The notes under the pieces are model-generated. The model was not told where the DNA came from. It worked only from the letters and a program-made list of their open reading frames with translations, and searched no databases. A stretch of 63,794 nucleotides of DNA, filler included, from an uncultured Methanoregulaceae archaeon (GTDB lineage Archaea > Halobacteriota > Methanomicrobia > Methanomicrobiales > Methanospirillaceae): NCBI GenBank assembly GCA_964530035.1. It is 3 parts of 3 records of this genome, joined end to end, with 100 filler letters (N's around TTAATTAATTAA, not from the genome) between each part and the next. Parts side by side here need not be neighbours in the genome. Positions count along the whole stretch, not along the records: positions 1 to 21,447 come from CAZGXZ010000020.1; 2 more parts are not named here. One strand, written 5' to 3'. The first letter of the stretch is position 1. The number at the start of each line of letters is the position of its first letter. Positions 9,253-20,042 of this stretch are shown piece after piece. The position numbers were made by a program, and so were the translations under genes.

Positions 9253-10062
9253 CTACCAGATAATCACTGCCTTGGCCAGCATGATGCAGGAAAGGAAGAA
9301 GTACATGCTGGCAAGCATGGTGTGCATGTGGGACGCCGGTATCCTGGGCGCCACCCTTGACCCTATCTGTGCTCCAATGAAACCCCCGGCAGCATAAACC
9401 GCTGCAAGGAAGGGGGAGATGTGCCCGAGTCCTGCGTGAACCACGGCTGCCGAACCTGAAGAAACCGCGATGACCAGGGTAGATGTTGCCACGGCAAAGT
9501 GGATGGGCATTCCGGAAGCGAGAAGGGCGGGAACGATGATGATACCCCCGCCCATACCGGTCATTCCACCCAGGACTCCGCTCGTAAAACCCCATACAAC
9601 AAGGTGGGCCGGATAGGTTTGCATTGTAATGCACTGCCCAAAACAGTCATGACACTGTTCCGGGTATGATGGTCCTGCAGGGATGTGATGAATGAAGGGG
9701 ATCCAGGGAAAAATGAGGCGAAGCCCGATAAGGAGGAGAATGCAGCCGAAAATCATGAAAAGTGCGGCCTGGGGCACATATGCGGTTGCTCCGGAACCCA
9801 ATGCCGCCCCGGTCAGGGCAGGAATTGCAAGGAGAATGGCTGAACGGAAAAAAATTCTTTTTTGCCGGGCATAGCCGATGGTTCCTGAACAGGCCGTGAT
9901 AAAGATCACGGCAAGGCTCGTCCCTATGGCCGTTGCTGCATCAAGTGAAAACAGGATTGAAAGGGTGGGTACATTTACAAATCCACCGCCGACTCCCAAG
10001 ACCGAGGCCATCAAACCTGTCAGAGTGGAGACAACCAGTGCAGCAGTGAGAACCGGGTCCGT
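9253..10062 (-). CDS. TauE/SafE (TSUP) family permease; apparent ACG start
   Basis: GVGGGFVNVP and GMGGGIIIVP repeats, multiple TM helices; frame stays open back to ACG at 10060-10062 behind an SD-like GGAGTGA. Confidence 0.88.
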   Translation of the reverse strand, partial: TDPVLTAALVVSTLTGLMASVLGVGGGFVNVPTLSILFSLDAATAIGTSLAVIFITACSGTIGYARQKRIFFRSAILLAIPALTGAALGSGATAYVPQAALFMIFGCILLLIGLRLIFPWIPFIHHIPAGPSYPEQCHDCFGQCITMQTYPAHLVVWGFTSGVLGGMTGMGGGIIIVPALLASGMPIHFAVATSTLVIAVSSGSAAVVHAGLGHISPFLAAVYAAGGFIGAQIGSRVAPRIPASHMHTMLASMYFFLSCIMLAKAVIIW

Positions 10063-10866
10063 ACTTTTTCACTCCATATCATAATGACTTGTCCGGGGCC
10101 ACCACGGAATTACGGGGCTGAGGCAGTTCATACTACTAGTTGCCGGTCGAATCTTTAAACAGGGTATGTCTGCATTCATGCGGCTTCCATGAAGGAGGAT
10201 GATAACAGAGCAGGGGCCAACCCAACCGGGGGAGGGACAACGCTCAGGTCATTGATATTCATTATCTGACCGGACGCAGATCTTTGATTCCTACGGTCTG
10301 TTACCGTTCTACAGTGCGGAACTTCACACAGCACCCCTGAACAATATAATCAGGCCTCTCTTTACAGCCATCCTCCCAGAGAACGGATTCAAGGAGAGAT
10401 TCGTCCACGAAGGATCCGGAAAAGGGCTCCCCACTCATGTGGTTGGAGCTGATAGTCGACCTTTCAAACACCTCCAGGCCACGTCTGAGTCATATGATAC
10501 GAAGCGTCCCACCCAGCGGGCATGTCGTGCACCCATGTTCGTAGGCCCTGTTCCGACGGCCATCCACCCCTGCCCTTCAGTTGTCTGCCCATTTACCGGA
10601 GATATCAAATAGCCTTTATTGCAATAGGGCAGGGTTTTATGATCATTGGCATGCCCGCATCACACGGGCTACTTCAAATCCTCAGTTATACAGGGTAATT
10701 CATCGCCAAGCATCAGTACTTCATCGTGCATATCACATCATGAGAGCCTAATGTCCTCCAGTGATCGTACAGGTCGGGAAAAACCACATTTCCCTTGCCC
10801 AAGCGTATGACCAGTTTCTCAATACCATTTTTGTTTCCCGGCGACGACAGATCCCTGGTGATCGTC

Positions 10867-11385
10867 ATGGACCTACTCACCATGCCTGAATGGTCTCCGT
10901 ACCTTGCAGGAGCAGGGATCGGAGCTCTTAGCTGGGTCGCATTCCTCCTTTCGGACAAGCCACTCGGTGTCTGCACTGCTTTTGCAAAGACTGCCGGCAT
11001 GATTGAAGGGAAGTGTACGGGGGGTGAATCCCTCAAACGCCCGTACTGGAAGATCGTGCCGCCCGGGATAGACTGGCAATGGATGGTTGTCCTTGGGATC
11101 CTTGTCGGGGGGTTCCTGTCCGCATGGCTCTCCGGGACATTCATGCCCGAACTCGTCCCCGACATGTTTGCGACAGCATTTGGCAACAGTGCCTCGTTAC
11201 GGATCCTGACAGCTGTACTGGGGGGACTGTTGCTCGGGTTTGGTGCCCGGATGGCAGGGGGGTGCACGAGCGGAAATGGAATATCAGGAACGCTCCAGTT
11301 GCAGATAACGAGCTGGAGTGCGGTGGTGTGTTTCTTCACAGCGGGTATCGCCACTGCGATGGTCCTCTACGGGGTCGTGCCATGA
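10867..11385 (+). CDS. YeeE/YedE sulfur-compound transporter, half 1
   Basis: WSPYLAG, FGARMAGGCTSGNG. Confidence 0.88.
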   Translation: MDLLTMPEWSPYLAGAGIGALSWVAFLLSDKPLGVCTAFAKTAGMIEGKCTGGESLKRPYWKIVPPGIDWQWMVVLGILVGGFLSAWLSGTFMPELVPDMFATAFGNSASLRILTAVLGGLLLGFGARMAGGCTSGNGISGTLQLQITSWSAVVCFFTAGIATAMVLYGVVP

Positions 11386-11951
11386 CGGAAAGTGGAAAAT
11401 TTCCCTCACTATACGGGAACAGACAGGTCCAGCTGGTTATTGGGCTCTGTATCGGGATCGCATTCGGATTTTTACTGCAAAAGGGCGGAGTGTCCCGGTA
11501 CGACATCATCATGGGACAGTTCCTCCTCGTCGACTTCACGGTCCTGAAACTCATGCTCACAGCCATAGTCGTTGGAACCATCGGTATTCACGCAATGCGG
11601 GCTGCAGGACTTGTCAGGCTCCATACCTGGCGCGGGCCGATGTTCGGGATAATTACGGGGGGCCTCATCTTCGGGGTCGGGTTCGCAGTCCTTGGTTATT
11701 GCCCGGGCGGTTCGATGGCGGCACTTGGGCAGGGTTCACTCGACGCCCTGTTCGGGATCGTGGGCATTCTTGCAGGGACATGGGCGTACGCTGTTTCCTA
11801 TCCTAAAATTGTGTCTAGTTTTCTCGGAAAAGGTGCTCCAGAACATGACACGCTTCCAGAGGCCCTTGGTATCAGCCCGTGGGTGATCATTATCCCCCTG
11901 ACCGTCACCGTCGGAGGGCTGTTCATGGCACTCGAGCTGGCAGGATACTAA
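11382..11951 (+). CDS. YeeE/YedE sulfur-compound transporter, half 2
   Basis: GIAFGFLLQKGG, GLIFGVGFAVLGYCPG; ATGA overlap with the upstream gene. Confidence 0.88.
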   Translation: MTESGKFPSLYGNRQVQLVIGLCIGIAFGFLLQKGGVSRYDIIMGQFLLVDFTVLKLMLTAIVVGTIGIHAMRAAGLVRLHTWRGPMFGIITGGLIFGVGFAVLGYCPGGSMAALGQGSLDALFGIVGILAGTWAYAVSYPKIVSSFLGKGAPEHDTLPEALGISPWVIIIPLTVTVGGLFMALELAGY

Positions 11952-12069
11952 CGAATATTCATTAAAAGGCAGGAGTTTTCTCCTGCCACAAAACAATATT
12001 TCCTTCCCGGGGTCTCATCATTTTCCCGGTCAGGAACCAGTCCTGCAGATATTGACAATGACCCGGGAT

Positions 12070-12695
12070 TCACCGCCCGGTACAGGTGATCCCTGGGTCA
12101 CATCTGACAAATATCAGGTACCCATCGGCGATCGACTCTGCACACGTCAGGAGGTCGTGCGTACATACCACGACGTTCATGATGCAGGGAGTCTGGATTG
12201 CAATCTCATCAACCCTCCCAGAATCACCGGTCGTTATCTCATACGAAAGCTCTCCTCTCGGTTCTTCACCTGAGTGCCTGACCGGGCGGCGGAGCACATG
12301 CCCCCCCTACGCACCTTTCCAAATGGCAGCCAGGAAAGGCACTGCGGTATGATACCGAACTGTGGCATGACTTCCTGGAAGCGGACCATGACCCGTCCAC
12401 AGTTACCACCTCCGTTCCGTGTAAGAGGCAGAAAACCGAGTTTTACATGGGCAGGATGGTCCAATCGGCGGCCCTCGGTGATGCCGCTCGCCCTTACCGC
12501 AGGACCGACGGCATGCACACCGGACGCTGCCTCGATAGTACGGGTCCCGAGGCCCCGGCTCCTTAAACAGATGATGGGTGCCGTTTCAAACACCCGCTTG
12601 TACCGCCTGACACTCTTTTCCAGCTTCCGGAGCCGGCAGGGGATAACGAAGCAAAGTACAAGAGGGATTGCCAAACAGGCTTCAACGGATGCCAT
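12070..12695 (-). pseudogene. Decayed C-terminal fragment of a group 4 [NiFe]-hydrogenase / complex-I 49-kDa-type large subunit
   Basis: GPAVRASG, RVMVRFQEV, then a frameshift to GEEPRGEL…IQTPCIMN…SIAD…CDPGITCTGR; N-terminal half missing. Confidence 0.8.
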
Positions 12696-12867
12696 CTCCC
12701 AGAATTACTCCAATCTTCTAGGACCGCCCTTCTACCACCTGGAACAGAATGGTTCCTGAAAAATAAGTGCTGATTTCTGATCCCATCATAACTGCATAAG
12801 GGTCCAGTGAGGAGTAATCCTATAGACTCATGTGGTTAAAGGAGTAATGGATCTCAGTATTTTTTCG

Positions 12868-12952
12868 GCGAGGGTTGCCGAGCCAGGTCAAAGGCGCTGG
12901 ATTTAGGGTCCAGTCTCGAAGGAGTTCAGGGGTTCGAATCCCCCCCCTCGCA
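12868..12952 (+). tRNA. tRNA-Leu(TAG)
   Basis: GCGAGGG/CCCTCGC acceptor stem, arm CTGGA-TTTAGGG-TCCAG, long variable arm. Confidence 0.95.
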
Positions 12953-13109
12953 TCCAGGTAAAGGACGCTCATCAGATCTGACCCAGGTTATCATGTGTAT
13001 ACCTGACTGAAATCAGGACTTGTTCTTCTGTGTGGGGCCACAGTTCCCCCAGATCTCCAGGTAGCATGTACCCCATGTTATACCAGGGAGAATGAATCGT
13101 CGGGGAGTA

Positions 13110-13760
13110 TTAGGACATCGACTCTTTTTCAGACAACCCGACAAGGTAGCCTCCAAACCCAATCACCCATATGATAACAGGATATGCGATATACCGCTCC
13201 GTCCCGCCATCTCCGAAAACGGGTATGAAAAGTGAAGAGAGCATCAGGAATGCCAGGGTGACAACCCCGAGCGCGATGAGCAGGTACCTGAAGACACCTC
13301 CTGTGATCCTGGAGGTAACCATGGCGGAGAGTCCTCCGGAAACAAAGGTCACCATTGCAAACAACGGGTGAAAAACCGCGATATTACCAGGGAATATCCC
13401 GACTCCAAGAATACCGGCTCCGAGCAGTGCAGGAAAAATGGAAACGAGCCAGTTATGAACAGCCCTGAAGAGGAAGAGCGAAGCTGCCAGTATAAAAAGA
13501 CCTCCCAGGGCCATCGTCAGGTTGAAAATTTGTGCCGAGGGCTGGTGAATTATACTGTTGGGTGGCCTGGTAGCCCCAAGGTCACTGAGCTCGCTGTTCG
13601 AAGTGCTGTAGCCCGCAGGGTAGAATATCTCCGCGGTGATGATTCCCATGAGAAGGATCGACCCCGCCAGGAAAAAGAACAAACCGGCAGTACCTGTCTT
13701 ACTACGTTGTTTCACCAAAACTCTCCATCTCCCTACAAAATAAATGTCCTGCCCCGTCAA
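13110..13760 (-). CDS. DUF998-like membrane protein
   Basis: GYSTSNSELSDLG, IFN, GVGIFP…H, GGTER; about 6 TM; start uncertain. Confidence 0.8.
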   Translation of the reverse strand: MTGQDIYFVGRWRVLVKQRSKTGTAGLFFFLAGSILLMGIITAEIFYPAGYSTSNSELSDLGATRPPNSIIHQPSAQIFNLTMALGGLFILAASLFLFRAVHNWLVSIFPALLGAGILGVGIFPGNIAVFHPLFAMVTFVSGGLSAMVTSRITGGVFRYLLIALGVVTLAFLMLSSLFIPVFGDGGTERYIAYPVIIWVIGFGGYLVGLSEKESMS

Positions 13761-14511
13761 TGGGTGTTCACATGATATTATCTGTCCGCCTGACTAGGTA
13801 TGTCAGGTTAGAGGATTCCAGGTTTCATCTTGATTCACCTCTCGAATCCCGGGAATGTATGAAGTGAACCAGGAATGGAAGGGGGTAATGCCGGGACCTG
13901 GGAAAAGAATGAGAGGGATAGGAGATAGACAGGAGTTATTTCCTTGATACAGTAGTGACCAGTTGTTTTTTCGCCGGTCTGATAGGACTGGGCTTGTTGG
14001 TATGGGGCCCCAGCTGGTCACCGTGCGGATGGGAGTGTGGACTATGTCGGGGTGGTAACCGTGGCTTGTGCAAAGGTTGATGCGGAGGATGCGGATAGGG
14101 ATGGACGAACGGATGGTGTCTGGCATCCTCCAGATGTCGGGCCTTCGCCTGGCTGGTCCCAGGAGTCGTCAACTCTTCTGGTGGGGACATGATCTATGAT
14201 TTTCCTTCCAGGATATAAATTGATCATTAGCGGCTATTATGACGGGGATTTCTATTGAAATTAAAGATACACTGAATTCGCAACTTTTTTCCAACAAGGG
14301 AAATGCCGGGGACCCCCTTTGAAAAATCCGCGTGAACGTGGGTGTCTGAAATATGTTCCAAATCGCAAGAACAGACCTTGAAATCATTAACACAGGCCTA
14401 CTTTAAGGAAAAAAGGCACAATCGCCATTTTATTATGGGAATGCCCTGCCATGTTTTTTATTCCTTCCCCGATCCCACGTATAAAGTGCTTGGAGAACAT
14501 ATCCATATGGA

Positions 14512-15812
14512 ATGGAAGATTCTTTTCTCTTCTCACAATTGAATATTTCACCGGGAATTCTCAGGGCAATCGAGGACATGGGCTTTGAAGAACCAACCCC
14601 AATACAGCAGCGCTCGATTCCGTTCCTCCTTCAGGGCAGGGACCTGACCGGCCAGGCACAGACCGGGACGGGAAAAACCGCGGCTTTTGGCATACCGGCC
14701 CTTGAAGGCATCGATCCGAAGGACAAGCGTACACAGGTCATCATCCTGTCACCGACCAGGGAGCTTGCCATCCAGACCGCCGAGGAAATAGCCCGCCTGG
14801 CTCAGTACATCAGAGGACTTGTGGTTGTCCCGATATATGGCGGGCAGCCAATCGGCAGGCAGTTCAAGGTCCTCAAGACCGGGGCTCAGATCGTGGTNNN
14901 NNNNNNNGCACCCCCGGAAGGATCCTTGACCATATGAACCGTCGGACGCTTTCGCTTTCAAACATCCGGATGGTTGTCCTCGATGAAGCCGACCAGATGC
15001 TGGACATGGGGTTCTATGATGACATCGAGACCATCTTGCGTGCGACACCGGCCAACCGACAGACAGTCCTTTTCTCTGCAACGCTCCCAAGACCGATCAT
15101 TGAGATCTCCAAGCGTTTCCAGAACAATCCCGAGCTTGTCCAGGTCCATGTCAGGGAACTCACGGTCCCCCAGATCGACCAGCAGTACATCGAACTGCAT
15201 TCACGCGACAAACTCGAGATCCTCTGTCGGGTCCTGGACAGTTATGACCCGAAACTGGCACTGGTTTTCTGTAACACCAAGCGAGCTGTCGATGAGCTGA
15301 CATCACGCCTGCAGGCCCGGGGGTATAGTGTCGCCGGTCTCCATGGCGATCTCAAACAGATACAGCGTGACAGGGTTATGGAAAAGTTCAGAGGTGGTTC
15401 AGTTGACCTTTTAATAGCTACAGACGTCGCTGCGCGGGGGATCGATGTCGAGGAGATCGACCTTGTCATCAACTTCGATGTGCCTCAGGACATTGAGTAC
15501 TACGTCCACCGCATCGGACGGACTGCACGGGCTGGCCGGACCGGTTGTGCGATCACGTTCGTAGGACCCCAGGAGATCTATAAACTTCGGGCGATCCAGA
15601 GGACTGCACGGATTAACATTACACGCATCCCAGTACCAAAAGAAACCGATGCCGCAGAAACCCGGCTAAAAAACCTTTCTACCCGGATCAAACAGGCAAT
15701 AGACAACGGAAACCTCGACAAGTATGAGGAAATAGTGGAACGGATGATGAGGGAGGACAACACCTCGCTCGATATTGCTGCTGCCCTCCTTAAAATCCAC
15801 CTTGAAGGGTAA
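14512..15812 (+). CDS. deaD: DEAD-box RNA helicase (DeaD/CshA-like), interrupted by a 10-N gap at 14898-14907
   Basis: Q motif GFEEPTPIQ, AQTGTGKT, PTRELA, DEAD, SAT, ARGID, HRIGRTAR. Confidence 0.92.
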
Positions 15813-15887
15813 CCTTAACCCCATCTTTACCCGGGCATAACCCGTTGAGAATGGTAAAAACGGGATTGAAAAGAAATGATCGGTTTT

Positions 15888-16622
15888 TCAGCCAGGGTTA
15901 TTGCTCTCTCCGTGTTTCGGGTCGGTGAATTCAAGGCTCTTTCTTAGATTCTGCCACTCTGTCGGTGACAGGTCGTGAGGGTCGCTATCGGATACGACAC
16001 CGAACACATGGTGAAGTATTGCCGTGCGACCACTGGTGATGTTCACGTAAAAATAATGCATTCCCTGTTTCTTTGTATCGTTCCCATACTCCCATACCTC
16101 GTAGAACAGGACGTCTCTTCCCGGTTCCTTCGATTGTTTCCGTTCGGCGACCTGTTTTCCTTCAATAATCCTGGATATTCCTGGATAGAGCACCTGGTTG
16201 TCCAGGACGTCCTCGAGGTGCTTGCGGTTCGTAGCGGTCATGGTCAGGGATATCCAGTCTATCCCCGCCACGGTTCGATGGGTAGAAGGATCGACGAAGG
16301 ATACCGAACGGGATCGTCCTTCAGGGAGAGAAACTTTTCCATCAACAAGGCTGTAGTTGCGATCTGGAGTGTAAACCGGGGTGAGGAGGGCCGGGTAGGT
16401 GAATGAGATCCCAAGGTCGTTGAATTCTTGGTTATCTGGAGAATCCAATGTTATTTCTTGACTAGGAGAAGAGATAGGCTTGATATCTGAGGCATTCTCT
16501 ACGGGAACGGGTGTAATTCTGGAATCATCGTTCCGCATGTCCTGGACCACGCAACCACTAAAAAAGGCACAAGTGGTGATGAGAAGTATAGCACCGGAAA
16601 GAAGGAGGGTTGACCTGTACAT
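15888..16622 (-). CDS. Hypothetical lipoprotein
   Basis: N-terminal hydrophobic helix plus lipobox-like FFSGC; 244 aa. Confidence 0.7.
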   Translation of the reverse strand: MYRSTLLLSGAILLITTCAFFSGCVVQDMRNDDSRITPVPVENASDIKPISSPSQEITLDSPDNQEFNDLGISFTYPALLTPVYTPDRNYSLVDGKVSLPEGRSRSVSFVDPSTHRTVAGIDWISLTMTATNRKHLEDVLDNQVLYPGISRIIEGKQVAERKQSKEPGRDVLFYEVWEYGNDTKKQGMHYFYVNITSGRTAILHHVFGVVSDSDPHDLSPTEWQNLRKSLEFTDPKHGESNNPG

Positions 16623-16884
16623 ACAGAATGTAAAAAGGTCATGAGGTATACTTCTTTGGAGCCGGCTGTCGGTTCATCGTCCTGACAGAAGAGTTCACAG
16701 GGTTTGTATTCTGGAAAAACGGGGTGGATATCGGCGATATACCTTTTTCACAAAGACCTGAACCTGTTGTGAGAGGGAGGGAATGGTCTCCACACGATAC
16801 CCGGGTGATACAGGAACAGGAAAGACAATCTTTCGTATGTGACCTTTAATACCGGGTGGTGGTAAAAGGATCTCCTGATCATAC

Positions 16885-17583
16885 ATGAAATACACGATAA
16901 TCGGCGACAACCTGCAGATCGTTACAATTAACCTCTCTAATGGGGAGACTGTCCTCGCTGAGGCCGGATCTATGGTGAACATGAGTGGAAACATGGTCAT
17001 CACGACGGAAGCGACAGGGGGGATCCTCAAGGGCCTGAAACGGATGGTATCAGGCGAATCGTTCTTCATGACACGTTTCAGCCCGCAGGGAGGAGACGGT
17101 TTTGTCTCATTCGCAGGAAATGTCCCGGGGAAAATCTTTGTCAAGGAATTTATCGGGTCAGGAGACTTTATTGCCCAGAAGGACTGTTACCTGTGCGCTA
17201 CTTCCGGCGTTGACCTGGATATTGCATTTACCAAAAAAATCAGGGCAGGGCTTTTTGGCGGAGAAGGTTTCGTCCTTCAGAAGATATCAGGTACTGGGAC
17301 GGCCTTTTTCCACTGTTGCGGGGATATCCAGGAAATCCAACTCCAGCCCGGGGAGGTCATGAAGGTCCAGACCGGGCTTGTTGTGGGGTTCGAATCAACC
17401 GTCCAGTATAGCATAGCGCTTGCAGGGGGGGTAAAAACGGTATTTTTCGGTGGAGAGGGTCTCTTCCTGACTACCTTGACAGGCCCGGGGAAAGTGATCG
17501 TCCAGTCAATGGATGTGGCGAAACTGGCTGAAGCGATTATACCATTCCTGCCAAAGCCCTCTCCGAACAGTTCGGGGCGGTAA
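16885..17583 (+). CDS. TIGR00266/AIM24-family protein
   Basis: AEAGSM, GESFF, two FGGEGF/L repeats, GPGKVIVQS. Confidence 0.9.
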   Translation: MKYTIIGDNLQIVTINLSNGETVLAEAGSMVNMSGNMVITTEATGGILKGLKRMVSGESFFMTRFSPQGGDGFVSFAGNVPGKIFVKEFIGSGDFIAQKDCYLCATSGVDLDIAFTKKIRAGLFGGEGFVLQKISGTGTAFFHCCGDIQEIQLQPGEVMKVQTGLVVGFESTVQYSIALAGGVKTVFFGGEGLFLTTLTGPGKVIVQSMDVAKLAEAIIPFLPKPSPNSSGR

Positions 17584-17984
17584 TCCGGACTTATGGTACC
17601 AAATGCCCAGATCATGATGTGTTCGTCGGGTATTCCGGGTATTTCCAGGGATATCCGGATCACCTCCTCAACAACATCTGATCCATTGTAATGAGTTTGG
17701 AATCTGGCATACCTTTTTACAGGTATTGCTGTTATCAGTCGCGAACGGAGATATCCTGGAATACTGCAGAATCCTGGCCTCCATGTTCCTGCCAGGTATC
17801 CAGGCACCGGGTATTGCCTGCCCCTGCTGACCTTTAAAATTAAAATGCCAGTTTTCGGGAGATTTTTTTTAAATCACCTGCAATTTTGGCGTACTTCAGG
17901 CACTTGTAACAATGCAACCGTTTATCCAAAGGGAAATGCATCATCATGCACCGTATACCGGTGAGATCAGGCATGGTGAGTAAC

Positions 17985-19826
17985 ATGGAGACGAACACCA
18001 ACACGGACAGGGCTTCGAAAGACTATCAGGAACTCCTTGAACTGAGACAAGTCCAGAAGAAATTCCAGCTGTTCATGCAGATGAACCCCGACCCTATGCT
18101 TATATGGGATACGCAGGGCAGGGTTATCGATACAAATGCTGCCTTTCTTAACGCTTCAGGCTGGAGCAGGGATAAAACCATAGGCGCCACCACAAAGGAC
18201 TTTGATTATATTTCCACGAGTGGCGAAGGCATTGCCGAGTCGATCAGGGACAAGCGTGCCGTAACCGGGGAAGCAACCCTGAGGTTTCCCAAGGGCATCG
18301 TTGTTTGGATCCGTCACACCATACCTATCCTTGATGACAGAGGAGACCTGTATCAAATCATTTCAGTCTACTCGGACATCACAGAGCTCCGGAAAAACAT
18401 GGAGATGGCAAAGACCATGAAGGAACGGGCTGATGCCATTGTCCAGGAGAACCCGTACCCGATTATCCTGTGGGATACTGATTTGAAACTGGTGATGACA
18501 AACCGGGCCATGCTCACGCTTTCGGGCTGGACACGGGATCAATCAAAAGGGATTTCGGTCAGGGACCTGAAATACAGGAGCCAGACAGGTCAGACAGTGG
18601 TCGATACCATCAAATCCGGAAAAGGGAGCTACGGCACTGCAGTCATAGAATTTCCGGCTGGGATTAAAACCATTGAGCGCCATAACATCCCGTTCCTTGA
18701 TGAATCCGGCAAGGTCACCTATGTCCTATCAGTCTATAATGACCTGACTGCGCAGAAAAAGGCCATAGAAGATATTATTACCGTTTCAGAAGAAGCAAAG
18801 GGCGGAAATTTGAGGGCAAGGACCCGAGAGGCAGAATACGAGGGTGATGTCCGGGAAATTGCACGGGGTATCAATAACCTCCTCGATGTGGTAACCGGGC
18901 CGTTCAGTATTGTCAATGCACGGGTCATGGATATCTCTGCCAACACGGAAGAGGCCAATGCCAGTATCGAGGAGATCGCAGCAGGTGCGGCCGAGGTGGC
19001 AAGGAATGCTGAAAACGTATCCACGAATGCTGAAAAGGGAAACCAGGGGATCAGACAGGTTCTGCGGGCTATGGAAGACCTTGCAGCAACAGTTTCCGAC
19101 GTTGCCACGAAGGCGGAACAGGTCTCACAGCGTGCCGTAGACGCCAGAACCCTGACTGCAACCGGAACTGAACTCGCCGAAAAAGCAGAAAGGGGGATGG
19201 CAGGTATTACAAAGAACGCATCTGATGTAGATACGGTAATAAAGGAAATCAACGCCCAGATGGCCCAGATTGGCAAGATTATCCAGGTCATAACCGACCT
19301 TGCAAACCAGACGAACCTCCTGGCGCTTAATGCCGCAATAGAGGCTGCACGGGCAGGAGAAGCGGGGAGAGGATTTGCGGTTGTTGCCACGGAAGTAAAG
19401 GCCCTTGCCCAGGAGTCACGGAGCTCCGCAGGAAATATCGCAGAACTCATAGGTAACCTACAGAAACAGTCAACACGGGCTGCAGAAGCTGCAGGCCAGG
19501 CACAGGTCACAGTCAGGGAGGGAAGCAGCGCTCTTGCCGAGATGCTCGCTGCATTCAATAAAATTGCAGCATCAATCGATACAATTTCAAAAAATGCCGA
19601 GGAAGTTGCCGGTTCTACTGAGGAACAGGCGGCTGCCGTTGAGGAAATTACCTCGAGTGTCCATGAAGTGGGTGGGCTTGTCCAGGGAAGTGCCCAGGAG
19701 GCCCAGAATGCCGCTGCAGCCAGCGAGGAAACCTCTGCCTCAATCGACCAGATTGCCCGAGTCGTCGCTAACCTGAACGGAATAGCCGAACAGCTTGCCC
19801 ATGAGATGGGCAGATTCACCATTTGA
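17985..19826 (+). CDS. Soluble methyl-accepting chemotaxis protein with two PAS domains
   Basis: Two PAS repeats, [27 protein letters not shown] hairpin tip, no TM segment. Confidence 0.93.
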   Translation: METNTNTDRASKDYQELLELRQVQKKFQLFMQMNPDPMLIWDTQGRVIDTNAAFLNASGWSRDKTIGATTKDFDYISTSGEGIAESIRDKRAVTGEATLRFPKGIVVWIRHTIPILDDRGDLYQIISVYSDITELRKNMEMAKTMKERADAIVQENPYPIILWDTDLKLVMTNRAMLTLSGWTRDQSKGISVRDLKYRSQTGQTVVDTIKSGKGSYGTAVIEFPAGIKTIERHNIPFLDESGKVTYVLSVYNDLTAQKKAIEDIITVSEEAKGGNLRARTREAEYEGDVREIARGINNLLDVVTGPFSIVNARVMDISANTEEANASIEEIAAGAAEVARNAENVSTNAEKGNQGIRQVLRAMEDLAATVSDVATKAEQVSQRAVDARTLTATGTELAEKAERGMAGITKNASDVDTVIKEINAQMAQIGKIIQVITDLANQTNLLALNAAIEAARAGEAGRGFAVVATEVKALAQESRSSAGNIAELIGNLQKQSTRAAEAAGQAQVTVREGSSALAEMLAAFNKIAASIDTISKNAEEVAGSTEEQAAAVEEITSSVHEVGGLVQGSAQEAQNAAAASEETSASIDQIARVVANLNGIAEQLAHEMGRFTI

Positions 19827-20042
19827 TTTTTACCCGCACCCGACGAGCTCGTTTCGTTTTTTACCTTTTTACCCTCCAAACAAAGGGGTCTGCACTCCGG
19901 ACCTATGAGGACGGTATCATATCCCTCATCCCAAGCCCCTTGTTTAATGGGTACGGAGCAGATACAAACATCACTTCTTATTTTATGAGGGGTCTTTTAT
20001 ACTCAGAACACCCGTGAATTACCACTCCGTGGGGGAGCCGGG

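Noticed and set aside
10085..10860. Open frame of ~118 codons (10256-10612) in the TauE-YeeE spacer
   Set aside because: No early start codon and no recognisable motif on either strand
7016..12867. tRNA-His to tRNA-Leu stretch as an integrated island
   Set aside because: Accessory-looking content, but no integrase and no duplicated tRNA 3' end found
14898..14907. Apparent frameshifts in deaD, larB (31292-31301) and mobB (44335-44343)
   Set aside because: Each coincides with a scaffold N gap of placeholder length, so they are not evidence for pseudogenes or programmed frameshifts
17600..17690. Minus-strand peptide DVVEEVIRISLEIPGIPDEHI resembling an Hsp20 segment
   Set aside because: Too short, and the rest of the domain is not visible
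18734..19879. Long antisense ORFs (381 aa here; also opposite fwdA, fwdB and fdhA)
   Set aside because: Shadows of well-supported genes with no recognisable motifs
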